This document shows positions 12,573-23,792 of a stretch of 64,000 bases of DNA, one piece after another; positions within the stretch are counted from its first letter, which is position 1; each line of letters starts with the position of its first letter. Source of the DNA: Squalus acanthias (Eukaryota); assembly GCA_030390025.1 (NCBI GenBank), contig CM059432.1:36148001-36212000 (forward strand), read 5' to 3'. The notes beneath the pieces were generated by a model. The model had not been told where the DNA came from. It made no database searches and saw only the letters and a list, made by a program, of their open reading frames with translations. Made by a program: the position numbers and the translations under genes.

Positions 12573-15500
12573 CATAACATAAGAACATAAGAAATAGGAG
12601 CAGGAGTAGGCCATTTGGCCCCTCGAGCCTGCTCCACCATTCAATAAGATCATGGCTGATCTGATCTTGGCCTCAACTCCACTTTTCTGCCTGTTCCCCA
12701 TAACCCTTGACTCTCCTGTAGTTCAAAAATCTGTCAATCTCCGCCTTGAATATATTCAATGACTCCACCTCCACAGCTCTCTGGGGTAGAGAATTTCAGA
12801 GATTCACAACCCTCTGAGAGAAGAAATTCCTCCTCATCTCCGTCTTAAATGGGCGACCCCTTATCCTGAAATTATGCCCCCTCGTTCTAGATTCCCCCAC
12901 GAGGGGAAACATCCTCTCAGCATCTACCCTGTCAAGCCCCCTCAGAATCTTATGTTTCAATAAGATCACCTCTCATTCTTCTAAACTCCAATGAGTATAG
13001 GCCCAAACTTTCCTCATAAGACAACCCCTTCATCCCAGGAATCAACCTAGTGAACCTTCTCTGAACTGCCTCCAATGCAAGTATATCCCTCCTTAAATAA
13101 GGAGACCTAAACTGTACACTGTACTCCAGGTGTGGTCTCACCAATGCCCTGTACAGTTGTAGCAAGACTTCCCTACTTTTATACTCCATCCCCCTTGCAA
13201 TAAAGGTCAATATTCCATTTGCCTTCCTAATTACTTGCTTTATGCTAACCTATTGTGTTTCATGTACGAGAACACCCAGATCCCTCTGTACCGCAGCATT
13301 CTGTAGTCTCTCTCCATTTTAATAATACTTTGCTTTTTTATTCTTCCTATCAAAGTGGATAACCTCACATTTTCCCACATTATACTCCATCTGTCAAATT
13401 TTTGCCCACTCACTTAACCTACCTATCCCTTTGCAGACTCTTTGTGTCCTCACAACTTGCTTTCCCACCTATCTTTGTATCATCAGCAAATTTTGCTACA
13501 GTACACTCTTCATCCAAGTCATTAATATAGATTGTAAATAGTTGAGGCCCCAGCACAGATCCCTGTGGCACCCCACTAGTTACAGTTTGCCAACCTGAAA
13601 ATGACCCATTTATCTGTTTTCTGTTAGTTAGCCAATCCTCTATCCATGCTAATATATTACCCCCAACACCATGGGCTCTTATCTTGTGCAGTAACCTTTT
13701 ATTTGGTACCTTATCGAATGCCTTTTGGAAATCAAAATACACTACATCTACTGGTTCCCCTTTATCCACCCTGCTCGTTACATCCTCAAAGAACTCTAAT
13801 AAATTTGTCAAACACGATTTCCTTTTCATAAAACCATGCTGACTCTGCTTGATTGTATTATGATTTTCTAAATGCCCTGCTACTACCTTAATAATGGATT
13901 CCAGCATTTTCCCAATGACAGATGTTAGGCTAACTGGCCTATAGTTTCCTACTTTCTGTCTCCCTCCTTTCTTGAATAGGGGTGTTACATTTGCGGTTTT
14001 CCAATCCGCTGGGACCTTTCCAGAATCTAGAGAATTTTTGAAAGATTACAACCAATGCATCCACTATCTTTGCAACCACTTCTTTTAAGACCCTAGGATG
14101 CAGGCCATCAGGTCCAGGGGACTTGTCAGCCTTTAGTCCCATTAGTTTGCCTAGTACTTTTTCTCTAGTGATAGTGATTGTTTTAAGTTCCTCCCTCCCT
14201 TTTGCCCCTTGATGTTCCACTATTATTGGGATGCTTTTAGTGTCTTCTACCGTGAAGACAGATACAAAATATTTGTTCAAAGTCTCTGCCATTTCGTTGT
14301 TTCCCATTATTAATTCCCCAGTCTCATCCTCTAAGGGACCAACATTTACTTTAGCTACTCTCTTCCTTTTTATATAGTTGTAGAAGCTCTTACTGTCTGT
14401 TTTTATATTTCTTGCTAGTTTACTCTCTCAATCTATTTTCTCCCTCTTTATTTTTTTTTAGTTATCCTTTGCAAATTTCTAAAAATATCCCAATCTTCTG
14501 GCCTACCACTAATCTTCACAACATTGTATGCCTTTTCTTTCAATTTGATACCCTCCTTAACTTCCTTAGTTAGCCACGGATGGTTCATCCTTCTCGTAGA
14601 GTCTTTCTTTCTCACTGGAATATATCTTTGTTGAGAGTTATGAAATATCTCCATTAAAAGTCTGTCACTGCTTATCTACCGTCTTACCTTTTAATCTATT
14701 TTCCCAGTCCACTTTAGCCAACTCTGTCTTCATACCCTTGTAATTGCCTTTATTTAAGTTTAAGACACTAGTTTCAGACCCAAGTTTCTCACCCTCAAAC
14801 TGAATGTGAAATTCTATCATGTTATGATCACTCTTCCCTAGAGGATCCTTTACTATGAGATCATTAATTAATGCTGTCTCATTACACATTACCAGATCTA
14901 AAATAGCCTGTTCCCTGGTTGGTTCCACAATGTATTGTTCTAAGAAACTGTCCTGAATACACTCTATCAACTCGTCCTCAAGGCTATCTTTGCCAATTTG
15001 ATTTGTCCAATCTATATGAAGATTAAAATCACCCACGATTATTGCAGTACCTTTCTTACAAGCCCCCATTATTTCTTGATTTATACTCTGTCCTACAGTG
15101 TAGCTACTGTTAGGGGACCTATAGACTACTCCCACCAGTGACTTCTTTCCCTTATTATTTCTTATTTCCACCCAAACTGATTCTACATCTTGATCTTCTG
15201 AGCCAAGACCATTTCTCACTACTGCACTGATCTCATCCTTTATTAACAGAGCTACCTCACCTCCTTTTCCTATCTGCCTATCCTTCCGAAATGTCAAATA
15301 CCCCTGAATATTCAGTTCCCAGCCTTGGTCACCTTGCAACCACTTCTCTGTAATGGTTATCAGATTATACCCATTTATTTCTATTTGTGCCGTCAATTCA
15401 TCTATCTTGTTATGAATGCTGCGTGAATTCAGATAAAGAGCCTTTAATTTTGTCTTTTTACCATTTTTCCCTACTCTTACCCTATTTGCTGGTGCACTCT

Positions 15501-16850
15501 TATGCTTGTATGCTCTGTCCCTTCCTGTCACACTCTGGTTATCATTACCCTGTACTATTGCCTTGTCCTTTCTCTTTAACTTTCTAAGTTTCCCCTCACC
15601 TGAACCCTCCCCCCCACTATTTAGTTTAAAGCCCTATCTACAGCCCTAGTTATTCGATTCGCCAAGACACTGGTCCTAGCATGGTTCAAGTGAAGCCCAT
15701 CCCAACGGAACAGCTCCCTCTTTCCCCAGTACTGGTGCCAGTGCCCCATGAATCAAAACCCATTTCTCCCACACCAATCCTTGAGCCACGCATTCAGCTC
15801 TCTGATCTTATTGACCCTATGCCAATTTGCTCGTGGCTCAGGCAGTAATCCAGAGATTATTACCTTTGTGGTTCTGCTTTTTAATTTAGCCCCTAGCTGC
15901 TCATACTCCCTCAGCAGAACCTCTTTCTTAGTCCTACCTATGTCGCTGGTTCCTACGTGGACCACGACAACTGGTTCCTTCACCTCCCACTCCAAGTTCC
16001 TCTCCAGCCCCGAGGAGATGTCCTTAACCCTGGCACCGGGCAGGCAACACAGCTTTTGGGACTCACGCTCTTGGCTGCAGAGAACAGTATCTATCCCCCT
16101 AACTATACTGTCCCCTACCACTACTACATTCCTTTTTACTCCCCCAACTTGAATAGCCCCCCACACCACGGTGCTGTGGTCAGTTTGCTCAGCCTCCCTG
16201 CAGTCCCTGCTCTTGTCCACACAGGCTGCAAGAACCTCGTACCCGTTGGACAAGTGCAAGGGCTGAGACTCCTCCAATGCTACCTTCTGGATCCCCATAC
16301 CTGCCTCACACATAGTCACACCCTCCTGTCACTGACCACGGACCAAATCTGAAGTATTTAACCTAAGGGGTGTGACTGCCTCCTGGAACAAAGTGCCCAG
16401 GTAACTTTCTCCCTCCCCGATCTATCGCAGTGTCCGAAGCTCGGACTCCAGCTCAACAAGTCTGAGCCAAAGTTCCTCGCGCTGCAGACACTTACTGCAG
16501 ATGTGGTTGCTGTGGATCACACTGGTGTCCACCAGTTCCCACATGCTACAGCTGCAGCACTTCACCTGCCCTGCCATCTCTATTGTATTTTATTTAACTA
16601 ATTAGGTTTTCAAGTTTTGAAATACTTAATTGTCTATTAATAGTTTTTAATCTAGGTATAAGCTTGTTTAATTTATTAAATTTAGTTATATGCTTTAGAT
16701 CTTTAATGTAACTTAGCCCACAGTCCTAATTTAACTCTAGTTGTTTTTATATTTTTTATGTATCAAGCAGCACCTCTTACTCCCACCTCACCGAATTCCC
16801 GAGTTTAGTACTCTGTAGAAGCAGTAGAACTGGACTCTGTGCTACTTACC
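12573..16850 (-). mobile_element. Near full-length decayed CR1 LINE
   Basis: ORF1 from ATG 16577 (CCSC...CSKC; VGDS esterase in 15753-16319); ORF2 pieces 14665-15531, 14448-14654, 13939-14307, 13419-13907, 12950-13210; octamer tail; 5' limit approximate. Confidence 0.92.
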
Positions 16851-17312
16851 CTCCTGATCAGCACTCTCCAGCCAGCAGGTGGCAGTCACTCATGCTGCTG
16901 TTACCGTAGCGACATTGAGAGTCTCTCCAATCAGGATGTAATAACTAAATGAACCCTTTAAAAAGCAATTCTGATTGGCTTGAACATATTTTTTGTTCTT
17001 TCCTGTTCTCCGCACCTTTTCCTCTGCAAATTTTCTCTCTCAGCCTGCTCTCCTGAAAGCAGGGACTTCTTGCTTGGTGCCTCATCCAAGTTCTCAATCT
17101 CTGAGCCTAGACAGTGAGTACCATCAAACTAATCAATCCGGTCGTTGATCATAGCCGAGCCTGATCCTGTCCTTACCCAATATCCACATGCCGTTTCCAA
17201 CAAGGCCCATTGGATAATGATCAGGAGCAAGAACTTGAGATGATTTCTAACTCCCTGGGGCGCTGGGACTAGAGATCTGTGTGGCTCAACCGCCATTTCC
17301 GCCACCTCCAGC

Positions 17313-17849
17313 GTGATCCCACCACCAAACGCATCTTCCCCTCACCTCCCCTTTCAGCATTCCGCAGGGACCGCTAGTCCACTCCTAGTCCACTCCTCTA
17401 CCACCTCCAGCACCCCTTCCCCTTCGCCCGGCACCTTCCTGTGCAAGCGCAGGAGATGCAACACATGCCCTTATACCTCCCCTCTTCCCACTGTCCAGGG
17501 CCCCAAACACCCCTTCCAGGTGAAACAGCGATTTACTTGTACTTCCTGCAATTTAGTATACTGTATTCGCTGCTCACGATGTGGTCTCCTCTACATTGGG
17601 GAGACCAAACGCAGATTGGGTGACCGCTTTGCGGAACACCTCCGTTCAGTCCGTAAGGGGGACCCCGAGCTCCCGGTGGCCTGTCACTTTAATTCTCCAC
17701 TCCACTCCCACTCTGACCTCACCGTCCTCGGCCTATTACACTGTTCCACAGAAGCGCAGCGTAAGCTCGAGGAACAGCACCTCATCTTTCGTTTAGGCAC
17801 GCTACAGCCCTCTGGACTCAATATCGAGTTCAACAATTTTAGATCATAA
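17313..17849 (+). pseudogene. Penelope-like GIY-YIG endonuclease domain (C-terminal fragment of the RT-EN ORF)
   Basis: CKRRRCNTC linker knuckle; LVYCIRCSRCGLLYIGETKRRLGDRFAEH; VACHF; EEQHLIFRLGTLQPSGLN. Confidence 0.88.
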
Positions 17850-17964
17850 CCTCGGCCCCTATCACATTTATATTTTATTTTTTCATCTACCCTTTTGTTT
17901 GGCCCCCCCCTTTTTTTTCCTCCCAGAAGCTGGCAGCTGTCCTTCATTCTGCCAGTGCATTTCA

Positions 17965-18703
17965 TAAGAACATAAGAAATAGGAGCAGGAGTAGACCAAT
18001 CGGCCCCTCGAGCCTGCTCCGCCATTCAATGAGATCATGGCTGATCTGATCCAACCTCAACTCTAAAGAACACAAGAAGTAGGAGCAGGACCAGGCCACT
18101 CGGCCCCTGGGCCCGCTCCGCCACCCACAGGGCCTTGACCGATCCGAACTCAAACTCATGTCCAATTTCCAGCCCACTCCCCGTAACCCCTAATTCCCTT
18201 TACTTCTAGGAAACGGTCTATTTCTGTTTTAAATTTATTTAATGAAGTAGCTTCCACAGCTTCCTGGGGTAGCAAATTCCACAGACCCACTACCCTCTGA
18301 GTGAAAAAGTTTCTCCTCATCTCAGTTTTGAAAGAGCAGCCCCTTATTCTAAGATTATGTCCCCTAGTTCTAGTTTCACCCATCATTGGGAACATCCTCA
18401 CCGCGTCCACCCGATCAAGCCCCTTCACAATCTTATATGTTTCAATAAGATCGCCTCTCATTCTTCTGAACTCCAATGAGTAGAGTCCCAATCTACTCAA
18501 CCTCTCCTCGTATGTCCACCCCCTCATCCCTGGAATTAACCGAGTGAACCTTCTTTGTACTGCCTCGAGAGCAAGTATGTCTTTTCTTAAGTATGGACAC
18601 CAAAACTGTATGCAGTACTCCAGGTGCGGTCTCACCAATACCTATACAACTGCAGCAATACCTCCCTGTTTTTATATTCTATCCCCCTAGCAATAAAAGC
18701 CAA
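17965..18703 (-). mobile_element. 5'-truncated CR1 inserted in the Penelope UTR
   Basis: ORF 18156-18638 is the CR1 ORF2 C-terminus; flanked by the direct repeat CATTTCA (17958-17964, 18704-18710). Confidence 0.9.
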
Positions 18704-18863
18704 CATTTCACACTTCATTTAGCCTCAACCTGTTACATCAACACCTCCTCTTGCCTTGATTATCTCTCAATGTCTCTTAATCTCTCCTTTTGTTCTTTCA
18801 TCTCCTCCCCCTTTTCCCAGCTTTATACTTGCTTTAAATTTATTTCATTTCCTACTTTTTTCC

Positions 18864-18900
18864 AGTTCTGACGAAAGGTCTTCGACCTGAAACGTTAACT
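18864..18900 (+). ncRNA. Minimal type I hammerhead ribozyme motif
   Basis: AGTT-CTGACGA-A-AGGTC/TTC/GACCT-GAAAC-GTT-AACT: core CUGANGA and GAAA, stem II, palindromic ACGT stem III, 4-bp stem I. Confidence 0.75.
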
Positions 18901-19159
18901 CTGTTTCTCTCGCCACGGATGCTGCCTGGCCTGCTGAGTTTTTCCAGCGTTTTCTGTTGTTATTACACACTGGACAAACCCAGTTTCACCTTTTCTGTAT
19001 TTTTTTTAAATAATCCTTATTGAAACGTCTGTTGCCAATTTGATTCTTTGGGCTTCAGCCTGTTACTTTATAGTTGCTGGTTAATGTCAGTATAGCTCTA
19101 CTGACAGATAACAGAATTGCATGGTGCTTTACTGAACAGGGAGAGTGCTGGTGTTGTCC

Positions 19160-20008
19160 TTGGCTCGGTGGTAGGACTCTTGCCTCTGTGTGAGTATGTT
19201 GTGGGTTCAAGCTCCAATCCAGAGATTTGAGCATATAATCTAAAATGACACTCCAGTGCAGTACGGAGGGATTGCTGCACTGTTGGAGGTGCCGTCTTTC
19301 GAATGAGATGTTAAGCTGAGACGTCTGCCCTCTCAGGTGGGTGCGAAAAGATCCTATGACACTATTCAAAGAAGAGTAGGGGAGTTCTGGTGTCCTGGCC
19401 AACATTCATCCCTCAACCAACACCTAAAAGCAGATGATCTCATTTATCTCAAATTGGCTGCAGCATTTCATAAGAACATAAGAAATAGGAGCAGGAGTAG
19501 GCCAATTGGCCCCTCGAGCCTGCTCCGCCATTCAATAAGATCATGGCTGATCTGATCCTAACCGCCAATCTACTATCACAGAACCATCTCCTGAACCTAA
19601 CAGAATTGGACACATGAAATAGGAGAAGGATCAGGCTACACGGCCCCTGGGCCCGCTCCGCTACCCACAGGGCCATGACCGATCCGAACCTAGACTCATG
19701 TCCAAATTCCTGCCCGCTCCCCGTAACCCTTAATTCCCTTTACTTCTAGGAAACTGTCTATTTCTGTTTTAAATTTATGTAATGATGTAGCTTCTACAGC
19801 TTTTTGGGGCAGCATATTCCATGGACCTACCACCCTCTGAGTGAAGTAGTTCCTTCTCATCTCAGTTTTGAAAGAGCAGCCCCTTATTTCCTATATTTCA
19901 ACAGTGACTACACTTTAAAGTACTTCACTCACTGGCTGTAAAGCTGTAAAGCGCTTTGGGACATCCTGAGGTCATGAAAGGTGCTATATCAATGCAAGTT
20001 CTTTCTTT
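19160..20008 (+). mobile_element. tRNA-derived Deu-domain SINE (SacSINE1-like) with L2-type tail, split by a CR1
   Basis: A box TGGCTCGGTGG, B box GGTTCAAG, central GGAGGTGCCGTCTTTC...AAAGATCC...GGTGTCCTGGCCAA, tail GTAAAGCGCTTTGGG...GCTATAT.AATGCAAG. Confidence 0.75.
19470..19885 (-). mobile_element. Short CR1 3' end, same subfamily as 7061-11705
   Basis: Nearly identical to 7062-7480; flanking duplication ATTTC (19465-19469, 19886-19890). Confidence 0.9.
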
Positions 20009-20360
20009 CCTGGTCGGTGTTGACTTAGCTGATCTACAGTTGGCTTCAGAGCCCCTGGGTCAGGGAGGAAGAAAAACATTCAGCCAGGGTTCTTGTCGCT
20101 GATTATTATCCACTGATCAATGTGTGTGAGTGGAGGTCAGTTGAGGACACGATAGTAGGGGCAATTGTGATGCCAACCATAACCAAATAGCCTGACAAAA
20201 CTCACGTGAAGAATAGCCATATTGGATAGGCAAAGTATTGGAAGAGAGCTGGTATCTGTGGAACCAAACCACAGTAAGGGTGAGTACCTTCAGGAGAGGA
20301 CACCAAAAAATTAGTTTTTTTTGACACTCATTGCCCCAATTATCTGCGAAGTTTCTGCGC

Positions 20361-20502
20361 GGATGAATTTCTCGAGCTTCTCCCGCTCCACATATGTAAC
20401 TTTGGCGGAAACCTAGTTTACCCGCTGTAAACGGGGTTTTCGCCTAAGTTCAGCTGAATTTACAGCGGTGGAGTGGAAGAAACTCGGAGAAAATTAAGCC
20501 CC
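20361..20502. mobile_element. Foldback/MITE-like imperfect palindrome
   Basis: AATTTCTCGAGCTTCTCCCGCTCCAC pairs with GTGGAGTGGAAGAAACTCGGAGAAAATT; inner AACTTTGGCGGAAACC pairs with GGTTTTCGCCTAAGTT; right end AATTAAGCCCC resembles the Harbinger-type termini in this window. Confidence 0.55.
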
Positions 20503-20753
20503 CCCTCTACCCAATGGTTTACAAGGTTCTGGAACACTGGGCCCTGTAGCTAATGTTGAACCAAACATGGCAATTGTCTGGGCCAGAAACCAAACAGAGG
20601 TGGCTCGAGGGATGAGGCAAGCCTCATCTGGAACCCTGCACAGACTTTCCAACATAAAGTTACAGCTGTTTAAATTCAGATACTTTTAACTTTAACCAGC
20701 TGCCTGATTTTTCTATTCCCGACTAACCGGGGCAATGTGAGGGAGGGCGTCCT

Positions 20754-22516
20754 GCTGAATTCCAGAGGTGAGATGAGAGTGACTGTCCTTGACATCAAGG
20801 CAGCATTTGACCAAGTGTGGTATCAACGAGCCCTAGTAAAATTGAAGTCAATGGCAATCAGGTAAAGCTCTCCACCACCTCCCCATGACATTCAATGGCA
20901 TTACCATCGTTGAATCCCCCACTATCAACATCCTGGGGGTCACCATTGATCAGAAACTTAACTGGACCAGCCACATAAATACTGTGGCAACAAGAGCAGG
21001 TCAGAGGCTGGGTATTCTGTGGCGAGTGACTCATCTCCTTACTCCCCAAAGCCTTTCCACCATCTACAAGGCACAAGTAAGGAATGTGATGGAATACTAT
21101 CCACTTGCCTGGATGAGTGCAGCTCCAACAACACTCAAGAAGCTCGACACCATCCAGGACAAAGCAGCCCGCTTGATTGGCACCCAATCCTCCACCATCT
21201 TAAACAATCACTCCCTCCACCTCTGGCGCACCCTGGCTGCAGTGTGTACCATCTACAAGACGCTCTGCAGCAACTCGTCAAGGCTTATTTGACAGCATTT
21301 CCCAAAGCCATGACCTCCACCACCTAGAAGGACAAAGACAGCTCTTTTTTTCATGTTTGGACCCAGGCTGTAATGAGGTCTGGAGACAAGTGGTCCTGGC
21401 GGAACCAAACTGAGCATCGGTGAGCAGGTTATTGGTGAGAAAGTGCTGCTTGATAGCACTGTCAACAACACCTTTCATCACTTTGCTGATGATTGAGAGT
21501 AGGCTGATGGGTATTTGGCCGGATTAGATTTGTCCTGCTTTTTGTGGACAGGACATACCTGAGCAATTTTCCACTTTGTCGGATAGATGCCAGTGTTGTA
21601 GCTGTACTGGAACAGCTTGGCTAGAGGCGCGGCTAGTGCTGGAGCACAAGTCTTCAGCACGACAGCTGGGATATTGTCAGGGCCCATAACCTTTGCTGTA
21701 TCCAGTGCACTCAGCCATTTCTTGATATCACATGGAGTGAATCGAATTGGCTGAAGACTGGCTTCTGTGATGGTGGGGACTTCAGGAGGAGGCTGAGATG
21801 GATCATCCACTTGACACTTCTGGCTGAAGATGGCTGCAAACGCTTCAGCCTTGTCTTTTGCACTCATGTGCTGGGCTCAGCCATCATTGAGGATGGGATC
21901 TTAATGGAGCCCCCTCCTCCCGTTAGCTGTTTAGTTGTCCACCGCCATTCACGACTGGATGTGGCAGGGCTGCAGAGCTTTGATCTGATCTGTTGGTCGT
22001 GGGATCACTTGGCTCTGTCTATAGCATGCTGCTTCCGCTGTTTAGCATGTATGTAGTCCTGTGTTGTAGCTTCACCAGGTTGGCGCCTCATTTTTAGTTG
22101 CGCCTGGTGCTGCTCCTGGCATGTTCTTCTACTCTCCTCATTGAACCAGGGTTGGTCCCCTGGCTTAATGGCAATGGTAGCGTGAGGATATGCCGAGCCA
22201 TGAGGTTACAGATTGTGGTGGAATACAATTCTGTTGCTGCTGATGGCCCATAGCACCTCATGGATGCTCAGTTTTGAGCTGCTAGATCTGTCCTGAATCT
22301 ATCCCATTTAGCACGGTGGTAGTGCCACACACCACGATGGAGGTTGTCCTCAGTGTGAAGACGGGACTTCGTCTCCATAAGGACTGTGCGGTGGTCACTG
22401 CTACCAATGCTGTCATGGACAGATGCATATGCGACAGATAGATTGGTGAGGACGAAGTCAAGTAGGTTTTTCCCTCATGTTGGTTCTCTCACCACCTGCC
22501 GCAAGCCCAGGCTGGC
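20754..22516. mobile_element. Family B LINE ORF2 fragment with its 3' part inverted
   Basis: Minus-strand piece 22516-21339 (GPDNIP, WKIAQVCPVHKK, QFG) stops at ...KEL; plus-strand piece from 20754 continues LNSRGE...LDIKAAFD...YKAQVR. Confidence 0.75.
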
Positions 22517-23792
22517 GTATTATATAATCTCATATGATTAAAGTTTTTGCTTTCTTTTGACTTATAGCTTGTAGATTTGTACTGTAGCTAGAAATAATGA
22601 AATGGTTAAGCTGTTCATTCCCAGGATGCTTCAGGGTATGGATTGCATTTAGAAAGAGCGAGCTTTGTCAGCAAGGAGAGGGTCTTTTGTTGGCAAGGAT
22701 TGCTTAATAGGGTATTGAGATATGAAACAGGACAATTGGGCCCAAGACGGTAAACAATTTGTCCATCTGATGTTTTGTCAGGAAACACCTAATTTCTGTG
22801 AGCCACAATAATTCTTATCACGCCATAATGAATCATCAAGGACAGTGCGTGACTAGAGGCCTATAAATATCTTGAGGTTTCCTTCACAATTTATAGAACA
22901 TAAGAATTAGGAGCAGGAGTAGGCCATATGGTCCCTCGAGTCATGGCTAATCTTCGACCTCATCTCCACTTTCCCACCCAATCCCTTGATTCCCCATGAG
23001 TTCAAAAATCTGTCTATCTCAGCCTTGAATATACTCAACAATTCAGTATCCACAGCCCTTTGGGGTAGAGAATTCCAAAGATTCACAACCCTCTGAGTGA
23101 AGAAATTCCTCCTCATCTCAGTCTTAAATGGCCGACCCCTTATGCTGAGACTATGCTCCCTAGTTCTAGACTCTTCAGCCAGGGGAAACAACCTCTCAGC
23201 ATCTACCCTGTCAATCCCCCTCAGAATCTTATGTGTTTCAATGAGATCACCTCTCATTCTTCTAAACTTCAGAGAGTATAGGCCCAATTTACTCAATTTC
23301 TCCTCATAGGACAACCCTCTCATCCCAGGAATCAATCTAGCGAACCTTTGTTGCACCGCCTCTAAGGCAAGTATATCCTTCCTCAGATAAGGAGACCAAA
23401 ATTGTGCACAATACTCCAGGCGTGGTCTCACCAAAGCTCTGTACAATTGTAGCAAGACTTCCTTACTATTGTACTCCAACCCCCTTGCAATAAAGGCCAA
23501 CATGCCATTTGCCTTCCTAATTGCTTGCTGTACCTGCATGCTACTCTCAGTGTTTCCTAACCTAAATCTCTCTGAACACCAACATTTAATAGTTTCTCAC
23601 CATTTAAAAAAATTCTGTTTTTCTATTCTTCTTACCAAAGTGAATAACCTCACATTTCCCCACATTATACTCCATCCACCACCTTATTGCCCACTCACTT
23701 AACCTGTCTATATTCCTTTGCAGGCTCTTTGTGTCCTCCTCACAGCTTCTTTCCCCACCTAGCTTTGTATCGTCAGCAAACTTCGATACATT

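Larger units (their letters stand above)
17291..18965 (+). mobile_element. 5'-truncated Penelope-like element (probably Neptune type): GIY-YIG domain plus 3' UTR/pseudo-LTR, split by a CR1
   Basis: GIY-YIG ORF then a UTR that continues after the CR1 insert at 18704 and contains a hammerhead motif; the UTR is uninterrupted in the related copy at 54592-54903. Confidence 0.85.

Noticed and set aside
19160..19230. tRNA gene (A and B boxes)
   Set aside because: It is the head of a SINE and runs straight into the SINE body; no full cloverleaf seen
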